Shown: positions 27,524 through 46,404 of the stretch, in pieces
How the letters are laid out: every line of letters starts with the position of its first letter
How positions within the stretch are numbered: position 1 is the stretch's first letter
NCBI RefSeq assembly: GCF_003334815.1
Contig: NZ_QOWO01000005.1
DNA: 64,000 nt
DNA from: Escherichia coli
GTDB lineage: Bacteria; Pseudomonadota; Gammaproteobacteria; Enterobacterales; Enterobacteriaceae
Reading direction: 5' to 3' (one strand)
Notes under the pieces: generated by a model
Database searches by the model: none
Told to the model about the DNA's origin: nothing
What the model saw: the letters and a program-made list of their open reading frames with translations, nothing else
Translations under genes and position numbers: made by a program

Positions 27524-28219
27524 ATGAAACGTGCTGTCGTTGTGTTCAGTGGAGGTCAGGATTCCACCACCTGTCTGGTGCAGGCATTACAACAATATGA
27601 TGAAGTCCATTGCGTGACGTTCGATTACGGTCAGCGGCATCGCGCAGAAATCGACGTGGCACGCGAACTGGCGCTGAAACTGGGGGCACGCGCGCATAAG
27701 GTGCTGGATGTCACCCTGCTCAACGAGCTGGCGGTCAGTAGCCTGACGCGTGACAGCATTCCGGTGCCTGATTATGAACCTGAAGCCGATGGTATCCCGA
27801 ATACGTTTGTCCCAGGGCGTAATATTTTGTTCCTGACGCTGGCGGCAATATATGCGTATCAGGTAAAAGCAGAAGCCGTAATTACTGGCGTCTGCGAAAC
27901 GGATTTCTCCGGCTACCCGGATTGCCGCGATGAGTTTGTGAAAGCACTAAACCATGCCGTCAGTTTGGGCATGGCGAAAGATATTCGTTTTGAAACGCCG
28001 CTGATGTGGATTGATAAAGCGGAAACCTGGGCGCTGGCAGATTATTACGGCAAACTGGATTTAGTCCGTAACGAAACGTTGACCTGCTATAACGGCTTTA
28101 AAGGCGACGGTTGCGGTCATTGTGCGGCATGTAATTTACGCGCCAACGGTTTGAATCATTATCTGGCCGATAAACCGACGGTGATGGCAGCGATGAAGCA
28201 GAAAACCGGGTTGAGGTAA
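27524..28219 (+). CDS. queC: 7-cyano-7-deazaguanine synthase
   Basis: ORF 27524..28219 (+), 231 aa; PP-loop SGGQDS and C-terminal Zn-binding cysteines. Confidence 0.95.
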   Translation: MKRAVVVFSGGQDSTTCLVQALQQYDEVHCVTFDYGQRHRAEIDVARELALKLGARAHKVLDVTLLNELAVSSLTRDSIPVPDYEPEADGIPNTFVPGRNILFLTLAAIYAYQVKAEAVITGVCETDFSGYPDCRDEFVKALNHAVSLGMAKDIRFETPLMWIDKAETWALADYYGKLDLVRNETLTCYNGFKGDGCGHCAACNLRANGLNHYLADKPTVMAAMKQKTGLR

Positions 28220-28233
28220 TTATTCCGGGTGTC

Positions 28234-28259
28234 GCCGGATGCGGCTTGAGCATCCGGCA
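28234..28259. repeat. REP-like palindrome between convergent queC and fadM
   Basis: gccggatgc-ggcttga-gcatccggc, perfect 9-bp inverted repeat. Confidence 0.65.
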
Positions 28260-28270
28260 CCACAAAACGT

Positions 28271-28669
28271 TTACTTAACCATCTGCTCCAGCTTTTCGCG
28301 CAATTCCCCTTCCAGAGCTAATGCTTTCTGCGTTTTAAGATCAATACAAACAAACGTAATAAGCGCATCCGCTACCACCTGCCCTTCCGGCTCCAGTGTA
28401 ATGACCTGGCTTAAGATGCCGCTTTTACCGTTTAATTGCTGCAACTGACTGGTAATAGTTAACAGGTCACTTAATACCGCTGGGCGACGATAGTTAATAT
28501 TGATATTGACCACGACGAAGGCGATGTTATGGGCCGTCATCCACTGAAAACTGTCGCTATTTTCCAACCCATCCCAGCGGGCTTCTTCGAGAAATTCAAG
28601 GTAGCGGGCGTTGTTGACGTGCTGGTAAACGTCGAGATGATATCCACGAACTTTGATTTGTGTTTGCAT
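28271..28669 (-). CDS. fadM: long-chain acyl-CoA thioesterase III (hotdog fold)
   Basis: ORF 28271..28669 (-), 132 aa. Confidence 0.9.
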   Translation of the reverse strand: MQTQIKVRGYHLDVYQHVNNARYLEFLEEARWDGLENSDSFQWMTAHNIAFVVVNININYRRPAVLSDLLTITSQLQQLNGKSGILSQVITLEPEGQVVADALITFVCIDLKTQKALALEGELREKLEQMVK

Positions 28670-28710
28670 AGCGCAATAACCTTACGTTGTTGTTATAAGT
28701 ACAGAGGTCA

Positions 28711-31156
<2,446 letters not shown>

Positions 31157-31347
31157 GGTGTAACAACACTCCGCTGTAGATGACTGTGTACCTCACGCAA
31201 CGTATCGATGCGCGCAAAGGCCTATTGTGACAAGAAACGGGGGCAATTGTCAGCCCACAAGACGCAGAAAGTCACCGAATACAAATAAAAAAGGCACATC
31301 AGTAGATGCGCCCTTGAACTTCGTCACATCCCCACTGGGGACAACGC

Positions 31348-31620
31348 TTAGTTTACCGCGTCTTTCAGTGCTTTACCTGCACGGAAGCTCGGTACTTTAG
31401 CAGCAGCGATGGTGATCTCTTTACCGGTCTGCGGGTTGCGGCCAGTACGGGCAGCACGCTCTTTAACGGCAAAAGTACCAAAACCTACCAGTGCTACATC
31501 ATCCCCTTCTTTCAGAGATTCAGTTACGGAAGCAATAATAGCATCTAACGCACGGCCAGCCGCAGCTTTAGAGATATCAGCCCCTGCAGCAATCTTGTCG
31601 ATCAATTGAGATTTATTCAC
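31348..31620 (-). CDS. hupB: nucleoid protein HU beta subunit
   Basis: ORF 31348..31620 (-), 90 aa; [29 protein letters not shown]... Confidence 0.96.
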
Positions 31621-31828
31621 TCTTCTCTTCCTCTTTATAATTTATATCGCACTTGAATCCTTCAAGGTACGAACGCGCAGCAGTTATATCAGGCCAGCCA
31701 TCCCCTTACAACACCCCTTAATAAGGGCAAGCCCGATCCGCCATCTAACTTAGCGAGACAAAAAAAGGCTGGCAAGCCCGAATTAGCCTGCCAGCCCTGT
31801 TTTTATTAGTGCATTTTGCGCGAGGTCA

Positions 31829-34183
31829 CTATTTTGCAGTCACAACCTGCATACCAGACGGTTCATTTTGCAGCGCCAGAGTCAGAACTTCCTCAATGCG
31901 CTTCACAGGATGAATGTCCAGATCGGCAATTACGTTGTCAGGAATCTCTTCCAGATCGCGTTTATTTTCGAACGGAATTAGCACTGTTTTAATCCCGCCG
32001 CGATGCGCTGCCAGGAGTTTTTCTTTCAAACCACCGATCGGCAGTACCTGACCACGCAGAGTGATCTCACCGGTCATTGCCACATCGGCACGAACCGGGT
32101 TACCGGTCAGGCAAGAAACCAGCGCGGTGCACATAGCAATACCGGCACTCGGACCATCTTTCGGCGTCGCACCTTCCGGTACGTGGACGTGGATGTCACG
32201 TTTTTCGTAAAAATCAGGGTTGATCCCCAGTTTTTCCGCACGCGCACGAACCACCGTTAACGCCGCCTGAATGGACTCCTGCATCACTTCGCCGAGCGAA
32301 CCGGTATAGGTCAGTTTGCCTTTACCCGGAACACATGCGGTTTCAATGGTCAGCAAGTCACCGCCCACTTCCGTCCACGCCAGACCGGTTACCTGACCGA
32401 CACGGTTTTCGTTATCCGCGCGACCATAGTCGAAACGCTGAACACCGAGATAGTCATGCAGGTTATCGCCGTTAATTTCGATATGTTTTAATGACTTATC
32501 GAGCAGTAACTGCTTAACCGCTTTGCGACACAGTTTGGAGATTTCACGCTCCAGACCACGCACGCCCGCCTCACGGGTGTAGTAACGAATAATGCCGATA
32601 ATGGCGCTATCGTCGACGGTCAGCTCACCTTTTTTCAGTGCATTACGTTCAATCTGCTTCGGCAGCAGGTGACGTTTGGCGATGTTCAGTTTTTCATCTT
32701 CGGTATAACCGGAGAGGCGAATCACTTCCATACGATCCAGCAGCGGTGCCGGAATGTTCATGGAGTTCGACGTCGCGACAAACATCACGTCGCTGAGATC
32801 GTAATCCACTTCCAGGTAGTGGTCGCTGAACGCTACGTTCTGCTCTGGATCCAGCACTTCAAGCAGTGCAGAGGCCGGATCGCCACGCATGTCAGAAGAC
32901 ATTTTGTCGATCTCATCGAGCAGGAACAGCGGGTTTTTCACGCCCACTTTCGCCATTTTCTGGATCAGTTTACCCGGCATAGAACCGATGTAAGTACGGC
33001 GGTGACCACGGATTTCCGCTTCATCACGCACGCCGCCCAGCGCCATACGGACATATTTACGCCCGGTGGCTTTGGCAATGGACTGACCAAGAGAGGTTTT
33101 ACCTACCCCCGGCGGCCCTACCAGGCAGAGGATCGGTCCCTTGATTTTGTTGACACGGCTTTGAACCGCAAGATACTCAAGGATTCGATCTTTCACGCGC
33201 TCCAGACCATAATGGTCGGTATCAAGGATTTCCTGCGCCTGACGCAGGTCTTTTTTGACCTTGCTACGCGCATTCCACGGCACCTGTACCATCCAGTCGA
33301 TATAACCACGCACTACGGTCGCTTCTGCCGACATCGGAGACATCATTTTCAGCTTCTGCAACTCTGCTTCCGCTTTCTCTTTTGCCTCTTTCGGCATCTT
33401 CGCCGCGTCGATTTTGCGCTTCAGGGCTTCGTTTTCGTCCGGCGCGTCGTCCATTTCACCGAGTTCTTTCTGAATAGCTTTCATTTGCTCGTTCAGATAG
33501 TACTCACGCTGGGATTTCTCCATCTGCTTTTTAACGCGGTTGCGAATGCGTTTCTCAACCTGCAGCAGATCGATTTCCGATTCCATCATTGCCATCAGAT
33601 ATTCCAGACGTTCGTTAACGTCGGACATCTCCAGAACAGACTGTTTGTCAGCCAGTTTCAGCGGCATATGTGCAGCAATGGTATCCGCCAGACGCGCCGG
33701 ATCGTCGATGCTATTCAGCGACGTCAGCACTTCTGGTGGGATTTTTTTGTTCAGCTTGATGTAGCCTTCGAACTGGCTGATTGCAGTACGCACCAGCACT
33801 TCCTGTTCCCGCTCATCAATGGTCGGCGACTCCAGATACTCCGCCTTCGCAGAAAAGTGTTCGCCATTGTCAGAGAGCGCAGAAATACGCGCGCGCTGTA
33901 ACCCCTCGACCAGCACTTTGACGGTGCCGTCAGGCAGTTTCAGCATCTGCAATATAGAGGCCACGGTCCCGACGGTGAAAAGATCGTTTACACCCGGCTC
34001 ATCCGTTGAAGCTTCTTTCTGCGCGACCAGCATAATTTTTTTATCATGGTCCATCGCCGCTTCCAGACAACGGATAGATTTTTCCCGCCCGACAAATAAG
34101 GGGATGACCATGTGCGGATAAACCACCACATCGCGCAGCGGCAATACGGGGATTTCAATGCGTTCAGAACGCTCAGGATTCAT
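31829..34183 (-). CDS. lon: ATP-dependent Lon protease
   Basis: ORF 31829..34228 (-); trimmed to [33 protein letters not shown]..., 784 aa; Walker [10 protein letters not shown], catalytic Ser region PKDGPSAG. Confidence 0.96.
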   Translation of the reverse strand: MNPERSERIEIPVLPLRDVVVYPHMVIPLFVGREKSIRCLEAAMDHDKKIMLVAQKEASTDEPGVNDLFTVGTVASILQMLKLPDGTVKVLVEGLQRARISALSDNGEHFSAKAEYLESPTIDEREQEVLVRTAISQFEGYIKLNKKIPPEVLTSLNSIDDPARLADTIAAHMPLKLADKQSVLEMSDVNERLEYLMAMMESEIDLLQVEKRIRNRVKKQMEKSQREYYLNEQMKAIQKELGEMDDAPDENEALKRKIDAAKMPKEAKEKAEAELQKLKMMSPMSAEATVVRGYIDWMVQVPWNARSKVKKDLRQAQEILDTDHYGLERVKDRILEYLAVQSRVNKIKGPILCLVGPPGVGKTSLGQSIAKATGRKYVRMALGGVRDEAEIRGHRRTYIGSMPGKLIQKMAKVGVKNPLFLLDEIDKMSSDMRGDPASALLEVLDPEQNVAFSDHYLEVDYDLSDVMFVATSNSMNIPAPLLDRMEVIRLSGYTEDEKLNIAKRHLLPKQIERNALKKGELTVDDSAIIGIIRYYTREAGVRGLEREISKLCRKAVKQLLLDKSLKHIEINGDNLHDYLGVQRFDYGRADNENRVGQVTGLAWTEVGGDLLTIETACVPGKGKLTYTGSLGEVMQESIQAALTVVRARAEKLGINPDFYEKRDIHVHVPEGATPKDGPSAGIAMCTALVSCLTGNPVRADVAMTGEITLRGQVLPIGGLKEKLLAAHRGGIKTVLIPFENKRDLEEIPDNVIADLDIHPVKRIEEVLTLALQNEPSGMQVVTAK

Positions 34184-34266
34184 AGAGCTCTCTCTTAGTT
34201 TAATTTCCGCCAGGTAATCAGATGACACGACTGTGCTTCACGCCATCTATTAACATGTACGTCAGT

Positions 34267-34293
34267 ATATGGGGATGTTTCCCCCACATTCAA
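34267..34293 (-). promoter_or_regulatory. lon heat-shock (sigma32-type) promoter containing the GGGG-N7-CCCC motif
   Basis: Minus strand reads TTGAAT-gtgggggaaacat-CCCCATAT, resembling sigma32 -35 and -10 elements; about 85-110 bp upstream of the lon ATG. Confidence 0.7.
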
Positions 34294-34370
34294 CGCCGAG
34301 AATAGAGGAAAAATTAAAGGGGAGATAAAATCCCCCCTTTTTGGTTAACTAATTGTATGGGAATGGTTAA

Positions 34371-35645
34371 TTATTCACCAGATGCCTGTTGCGCTTCCGG
34401 CTTGCCATAAATCAGCAACGGTTTGCTTTGACCATCAATTACCGACTCGTCGATAACCACTTTTTCGACGTCTTCCATGGACGGCAGATCGTACATGGTA
34501 TCGAGCAGTGCGGCTTCTACGATGGAACGCAGGCCACGGGCACCGGTTTTACGCGCCATCGCTTTCTTAGCGATAGCATCCAGCGCCTCGTCACGGAATT
34601 CCAGATCCACGCCTTCCAGATTAAACAGCGCCTGATACTGCTTGGTCAGGGCGTTTTTCGGCTCTTTGAGGATCTGAATCAGAGCTTCTTCGCTCAGTTC
34701 ATTCAACGTTGCGACAACCGGCAGACGACCAATAAACTCAGGGATAAGACCAAACTTGATCAGATCTTCCGGTTCAACCTGCGCCAGCAGCTCGCCTTCG
34801 CTTGCTTTGTCGGACTTCGCTTTTACCGTCGCGCCAAAACCAATGCCGGAGCCGGTTTCTACACGGTGGGAAATCACTTTATCCAGACCGGCAAACGCAC
34901 CGCCACAAATAAACAGGATCTTAGAGGTATCAACCTGCAAGAATTCCTGCTGCGGATGTTTACGCCCACCTTGCGGTGGAACAGCAGCTACCGTACCTTC
35001 GATCAGTTTCAACAGTGCCTGCTGTACGCCTTCACCGGAAACGTCTCGGGTAATGGACGGGTTGTCTGACTTACGAGAAATCTTGTCGATTTCATCGATG
35101 TAGACAATACCACGCTGTGCTTTCTGGACATCGTAGTCGCATTTCTGCAACAGCTTCTGAATGATGTTTTCAACGTCTTCACCCACATAACCGGCTTCGG
35201 TCAGTGTAGTCGCGTCGGCCATGGTGAACGGAACATCCAGCAGGCGCGCCAGCGTTTCAGCCAGCAGCGTTTTACCGGAACCGGTCGGACCGATCAGCAG
35301 AATGTTACTTTTGCCCAACTCGACGCCATTGCTGGTATCGCCGTTGCGCAGACGTTTGTAATGGTTGTATACCGCGACCGCCAGCACTTTTTTCGCCTGT
35401 TCCTGGCCGATAACGTAATCGTCCAGGTGGTTGCGAATTTCATGCGGCGTCGGTAGCGCACTGCGTTCACGATGCGGTGCAACTTCTTTAATCTCTTCGC
35501 GAATGATGTCGTTACATAAATCAACACATTCGTCGCAGATATACACGGATGGACCGGCAATCAGCTTGCGCACTTCATGCTGGCTTTTGCCGCAAAAAGA
35601 GCAATACAGCAATTTGCCTGAGCCATCTTTGCGTTTATCTGTCAT
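34371..35645 (-). CDS. clpX: ATP-dependent Clp protease ATPase/unfoldase
   Basis: ORF 34371..35645 (-), 424 aa; N-terminal zinc-binding cysteines, Walker A GPTGSGKT. Confidence 0.97.
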
Positions 35646-35770
35646 GGGTCAAAACCTCTTCTTTGTTCTTTGTGCCGCACACGACGACGCAAATGCCATT
35701 CTCAGGCGCAAGCCGCTTACAGCGTTGTGCCGCCCTGGATAAGTATAGCGGCACAGTTGCGCCTCTGGCA

Positions 35771-36394
35771 TCAATTACGATGGGTCAGAATCGAATCGAC
35801 CAGACCGTATTCCACCGCTTCAGGGGCGGAAAGGAAGCGATCGCGCTCGGTATCACGTTCAATCTGTTCTAATGATTGACCCGTATGAAGCGCCATAAGT
35901 TCATTCATGCGCCCTTTAACTTTCAGAATTTCACGGGCATGAATTTCGATATCGGTCGCCTGGCCCTGGTAGCCGCCCAACGGTTGGTGAATCATCACGC
36001 GCGAATTCGGCAGGCAAAAACGTTTACCTTTTGCCCCTGCGGTCAGCAAGAAAGCGCCCATCGAGGCCGCCTGGCCCATACAGATGGTGCTGACATCAGG
36101 CTTGATAAACTGCATGGTGTCATAGATAGACATCCCGGCAGTGATCACCCCGCCTGGGGAGTTAATGTACAGATAGATATCTTTTTCTGGGTTTTCCGCT
36201 TCCAGGAACAGCATCTGCGCCACAATCAGGTTAGCCATGTGGTCTTCAACCTGGCCAGTCAGAAAAATGACGCGTTCCTTAAGTAGACGAGAATAGATAT
36301 CAAAAGAGCGCTCACCGCGTGAGGTCTGTTCAATGACCATCGGCACCAGCGCCATATGGGGTGCAAAGTTATCTCGTTCGCCGCTGTATGACAT
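35771..36394 (-). CDS. clpP: ATP-dependent Clp protease proteolytic subunit
   Basis: ORF 35771..36394 (-), 207 aa; active-site region GQAASMGA. Confidence 0.97.
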   Translation of the reverse strand: MSYSGERDNFAPHMALVPMVIEQTSRGERSFDIYSRLLKERVIFLTGQVEDHMANLIVAQMLFLEAENPEKDIYLYINSPGGVITAGMSIYDTMQFIKPDVSTICMGQAASMGAFLLTAGAKGKRFCLPNSRVMIHQPLGGYQGQATDIEIHAREILKVKGRMNELMALHTGQSLEQIERDTERDRFLSAPEAVEYGLVDSILTHRN

Positions 36395-36639
36395 TTCCGT
36401 CTCCTGGATAAAATTGAAAAAACCTGCTGTACCGATTGTAACCTTATGGACGGATTATCAGCTAGTCCCTGTGTTATGGGTACGGCATCACCATATTTCA
36501 AGCATAACAATCTTTTGTTGTTACGCTAACACCGAAAGAGGCTTTTCGCACGGTTCCATGCAAAATTCATGACAAAAAAAAGCCCACCACCTGGCGGTGA
36601 CGGGCCTTTGTGCGAATTTAGCGCGTTATGCTGCGTAAA

Positions 36640-37947
<1,308 letters not shown>

Positions 37948-38281
37948 TCAAAAAATCACAGTGCTCGGTCAACTCTTACCCCGCAAGCACAGGTTGTTGG
38001 CTTCGCGGAACCGGGATGTTCTTATAATCAATCACATTCCCTGTTACCAGAATCATCCCGAAAGCATTCAAATAGGACGCGGCATTATAGCGGCATCACT
38101 TTTATGAGTCGAGAACGGTTATTGCGCGCTGTCGCGTATTTTTTCACAATTCCCGGGCAATTTTCGTCTGAATGCTGGGCAAAAAGCGCAAAATCCAGAC
38201 AAAACAAAACGGCCCGCAGGCCGTTTTTCATAAAATCTTTAGCAACATACTGGAAAAGCGCCGACAGTTGCAAATGCGTTT

Positions 38282-38599
38282 TTACGCGATGCTTCCTGCT
38301 CCACGACAGGGAGGAGAGGCAAAGACGGTGTCCTGCAACCCTTCCCACTCCTTAATAGTGTAAGTATGCAGAGCCAGCGCATGAACGGTAGTAGAGAGTT
38401 CCTCCGCTAAAGTACTGTAAATCATTCGATGACGATTCAGAAAACGTTCACCCGTAAAACGATCGCTGACCAGCACAACTTTAAAATGGCTTTCAGAGCC
38501 GGCTGGGACATTGTGACGATAGCTTTCATCCACTACTTCGAGGAATACGGGTTGGAACGCCGCCCTTAATTTTTCTTCTATCCGCTCACGTATCATCAT
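38282..38599 (-). CDS. bolA: BolA transcriptional regulator/morphogene
   Basis: ORF 38282..38632 (-); trimmed to [15 protein letters not shown]..., 105 aa. Confidence 0.9.
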
Positions 38600-38903
38600 G
38601 AAATATCTCCTCCGACAACGCTGAGATGTCATCCATCCCTTTAAATACTAGCCGCTTTTACCGTTTCCATTGCAGCTTAACAACAAATATTTAGGTTTCG
38701 TCCTGGTTTTTCCGTCAAGCGTATGAAGTTTACTGATTTAAAGATTGAAACACAGGCCTCGCATCAGTGTTTCTTTTACCAGGGGCGATTATTTCGTCAA
38801 CATGATGAATTTACATGCCTTACCCACTTCCCCTCGCCGTTGGCAATGTTATGATGGCGGGAATTTTTACCAAACACGCTTAAGAGTCTCTGAGAGCCCG
38901 AAC

Positions 38904-39482
38904 ATGTTCAAAAAAATCCTCTTCCCGTTAGTTGCTCTGTTTATGCTTGCAGGATGCGCAAAACCGCCAACAACTATTGAAGTTTCCCCGACGATTACAC
39001 TGCCACAGCAGGATCCAAGCCTGATGGGCGTCACCGTAAGCATTAATGGTGCCGATCAGCGTACCGATCAGGCGCTGGCAAAAGTCACCCGCGATAATCA
39101 AATCGTTACCCTGACCGCCTCCCGCGATCTGCGTTTCCTGCTGCAAGAAGTGCTGGAAAAACAGATGACCGCGCGTGGTTACATGGTTGGTCCGAATGGC
39201 CCGGTTAATCTGCAAATCATCGTTAGCCAACTGTATGCTGACGTGTCCCAGGGCAACGTGCGCTACAACATCGCGACCAAAGCGGATATCGCCATCATCG
39301 CTACCGCGCAGAATGGCAACAAAATGACCAAAAACTATCGTGCCAGCTACAACGTTGAAGGTGCGTTCCAGGCCTCCAACAAAAATATCGCCGATGCGGT
39401 TAACAGTGTGCTGACCGATACCATCGCTGATATGTCTCAGGACACCAGCATCCACGAATTCATCAAGCAGAACGCGCGTTAA
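38904..39482 (+). CDS. yajG: lipoprotein of unknown function
   Basis: ORF 38745..39482 (+); trimmed to MFKKILFPLVALFMLAGC (lipobox), 192 aa. Confidence 0.88.
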   Translation: MFKKILFPLVALFMLAGCAKPPTTIEVSPTITLPQQDPSLMGVTVSINGADQRTDQALAKVTRDNQIVTLTASRDLRFLLQEVLEKQMTARGYMVGPNGPVNLQIIVSQLYADVSQGNVRYNIATKADIAIIATAQNGNKMTKNYRASYNVEGAFQASNKNIADAVNSVLTDTIADMSQDTSIHEFIKQNAR

Positions 39483-39525
39483 TTTCTGCCCTCTGGCCCG
39501 GTGCAAGCCGGGCCTGTAGACGCCC

Positions 39526-41001
39526 ATGTCCAGTCAATATTTACGTATTTTTCAACAGCCGCGTTCAGCCATATTGCTGATCCTGGGTTTTGCTTCCGGG
39601 CTACCGCTCGCCCTGACATCCGGTACCTTACAGGCCTGGATGACGGTCGAGAATATTGATCTCAAAACCATTGGTTTCTTCTCTCTGGTAGGCCAGGCTT
39701 ACGTTTTTAAATTCCTCTGGTCACCGCTGATGGACCGCTACACGCCTCCATTTTTTGGGCGGCGACGCGGTTGGCTGCTCGCCACGCAAATCCTGTTATT
39801 AGTCGCCATTGCGGCGATGGGTTTTCTCGAACCAGGCACCCAACTCCGCTGGATGGCGGCGCTGGCGGTGGTGATCGCTTTTTGCTCTGCCTCCCAGGAT
39901 ATTGTCTTCGATGCGTGGAAAACCGATGTGCTCCCGGCAGAAGAACGTGGTGCGGGCGCGGCAATCAGCGTTCTGGGTTACCGTTTAGGGATGCTGGTTT
40001 CCGGCGGCCTAGCCCTGTGGCTGGCAGATAAATGGCTGGGCTGGCAGGGCATGTACTGGTTGATGGCGGCGCTGTTGATCCCCTGTATTATCGCGACGTT
40101 GCTTGCACCAGAACCGACCGACACCATTCCTGTGCCAAAAACGCTGGAACAAGCGGTTGTTGCACCTCTGCGAGATTTCTTTGGTCGCAATAATGCCTGG
40201 CTTATTTTGCTTCTTATCGTGCTGTATAAGCTGGGCGACGCATTCGCCATGAGCCTGACAACCACGTTTTTGATTCGCGGCGTCGGGTTTGATGCGGGTG
40301 AAGTAGGCGTGGTTAACAAAACGCTTGGCTTACTAGCGACCATTGTTGGCGCATTGTACGGTGGGATTTTGATGCAGCGCCTGTCACTGTTCCGGGCACT
40401 GCTGATTTTCGGCATTTTACAAGGTGCGTCTAACGCCGGTTACTGGCTGCTGTCGATTACTGATAAGCATCTCTACAGCATGGGCGCAGCCGTCTTTTTC
40501 GAAAACCTCTGTGGCGGGATGGGCACATCAGCCTTTGTCGCGCTGTTAATGACGCTATGTAATAAGTCATTTTCCGCTACTCAATTTGCCCTGCTCTCAG
40601 CGCTTTCTGCTGTAGGGCGAGTTTATGTCGGCCCCGTGGCGGGTTGGTTTGTTGAAGCACACGGCTGGTCGACATTCTATCTATTCTCCGTCGCCGCTGC
40701 CGTACCAGGGCTTATTTTGCTGCTGGTTTGCCGCCAGACGCTTGAATATACACGAGTAAATGACAACTTTATCTCCCGTACCGCATATCCGGCAGGTTAT
40801 GCCTTTGCCATGTGGACACTGGCGGCGGGCGTCAGCCTGTTGGCCGTGTGGTTACTGCTATTGACGATGGACGCGCTGGATTTGACGCACTTCTCTTTCC
40901 TGCCTGCTCTGCTGGAAGTCGGGGTTTTAGTCGCCCTTTCTGGCGTCGTGCTTGGTGGTTTGCTGGATTATCTGGCGCTACGAAAAACGCATCTGACGTA
41001 A
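39526..41001 (+). CDS. ampG: muropeptide (anhydromuropeptide) permease, MFS
   Basis: ORF 39526..41001 (+), 491 aa; polytopic membrane protein. Confidence 0.95.
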   Translation: MSSQYLRIFQQPRSAILLILGFASGLPLALTSGTLQAWMTVENIDLKTIGFFSLVGQAYVFKFLWSPLMDRYTPPFFGRRRGWLLATQILLLVAIAAMGFLEPGTQLRWMAALAVVIAFCSASQDIVFDAWKTDVLPAEERGAGAAISVLGYRLGMLVSGGLALWLADKWLGWQGMYWLMAALLIPCIIATLLAPEPTDTIPVPKTLEQAVVAPLRDFFGRNNAWLILLLIVLYKLGDAFAMSLTTTFLIRGVGFDAGEVGVVNKTLGLLATIVGALYGGILMQRLSLFRALLIFGILQGASNAGYWLLSITDKHLYSMGAAVFFENLCGGMGTSAFVALLMTLCNKSFSATQFALLSALSAVGRVYVGPVAGWFVEAHGWSTFYLFSVAAAVPGLILLLVCRQTLEYTRVNDNFISRTAYPAGYAFAMWTLAAGVSLLAVWLLLLTMDALDLTHFSFLPALLEVGVLVALSGVVLGGLLDYLALRKTHLT

Positions 41002-41457
41002 TCTGTAAATATTATTTAGCTGTAGTAATCACTCGCCGTAATTATTACGGCTAAATAAACATCAGTATCGCTTATTAATATTTGTTCTTTTGTGCGGCTT
41101 AGCGTTTGGAAATTATTGGCGCCATTTATAAATTCTATTTTTCTTACACGATTCAGCTAATGAGTCTTTATTTTCTCATCACCCAGTTGTCACTCTAATG
41201 ATAATTATTTGTTAAATAATTGTTTTATTTCACATTGGTTATACCAATTGCCCGCCCAGACTCCTTCAGCACTCCCCTTTTGTTATAACGCCCTTTTGCA
41301 ACAGCTTCTTAAAATCAACCTGATATGTTTTGCAACATATGTGACCTGGCAGCCAAATCCAAGTAACAGGAATTTAATCATGTTTACAGTAATGTAACCT
41401 TCCCGTAAAATGCCCACACACTTTAAACGCCACCAGATCCCGTGGAATTGAGGTCGT

Positions 41458-42408
<951 letters not shown>

Positions 42409-42417
42409 AGGGGTTGA

Positions 42418-45354
<2,937 letters not shown>

Positions 45355-45365
45355 GAGCGGCGGTT

Positions 45366-46256
45366 ATGATGTTTAAGCAATACCTGCAAGTAACGAAACC
45401 AGGCATCATCTTTGGCAACCTGATCTCGGTGATTGGGGGATTCCTGCTGGCCTCAAAGGGCAGCATTGATTATCCCCTGTTTATCTACACGCTGGTTGGG
45501 GTGTCACTGGTTGTGGCGTCGGGTTGTGTGTTTAACAACTACATCGACAGGGATATCGACAGAAAGATGGAAAGGACGAAGAATCGGGTGCTGGTGAAAG
45601 GCCTGATCTCTCCTGCTGTCTCGCTGGTGTACGCCACGTTGCTGGGTATTGCTGGCTTTATGCTGCTGTGGTTTGGCGCGAATCCGCTGGCCTGCTGGCT
45701 GGGGGTGATGGGCTTTGTGGTTTATGTCGGCGTTTATAGCCTGTACATGAAACGCCACTCTGTCTACGGCACGTTGATTGGTTCGCTCTCCGGCGCTGCG
45801 CCGCCGGTGATCGGCTACTGTGCGGTAACCGGTGAGTTCGATAGCGGCGCAGCGATCCTGCTGGCTATCTTCAGCCTGTGGCAGATGCCTCACTCCTATG
45901 CCATCGCCATTTTCCGCTTTAAGGATTACCAGGCGGCAAACATTCCGGTATTGCCAGTGGTAAAAGGCATTTCGGTGGCGAAGAATCACATCACGCTGTA
46001 TATCATCGCCTTTGCCGTTGCCACGCTGATGCTCTCTCTTGGCGGTTACGCTGGGTATAAATATCTGGTGGTCGCCGCGGCGGTTAGCGTCTGGTGGTTA
46101 GGTATGGCTCTGCGCGGTTATAAAGTTGCTGATGACAGAATCTGGGCGCGCAAGCTGTTCGGCTTCTCTATCATCGCCATCACTGCCCTCTCGGTGATGA
46201 TGTCCGTTGATTTTATGGTACCGGACTCGCATACGCTGCTGGCTGCTGTGTGGTAA
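45366..46256 (+). CDS. cyoE: haem O synthase (protohaem IX farnesyltransferase)
   Basis: ORF 45321..46256 (+); trimmed to [20 protein letters not shown]..., 296 aa. Confidence 0.93.
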
Positions 46257-46404
46257 CAAAACCTCTCTATTAAAAAGGTGCTACGGCACCTTTTTTCTTA
46301 GCATTAGAAACATATCCCTCTCGAAATATTTACTAAAAAATCCGCATGTTTACCCCATTCGTTTGCCGCTTTACACTAGTCGCGAATTTAAAACAGAGGT
46401 GGTA

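Noticed and set aside
36395-36639. Expected heat-shock (sigma32) promoter upstream of clpP in the tig-clpP spacer.
   Set aside because: I could not locate convincing -35/-10 elements by eye with confidence, so no coordinates are given, although a promoter here is expected from established knowledge.
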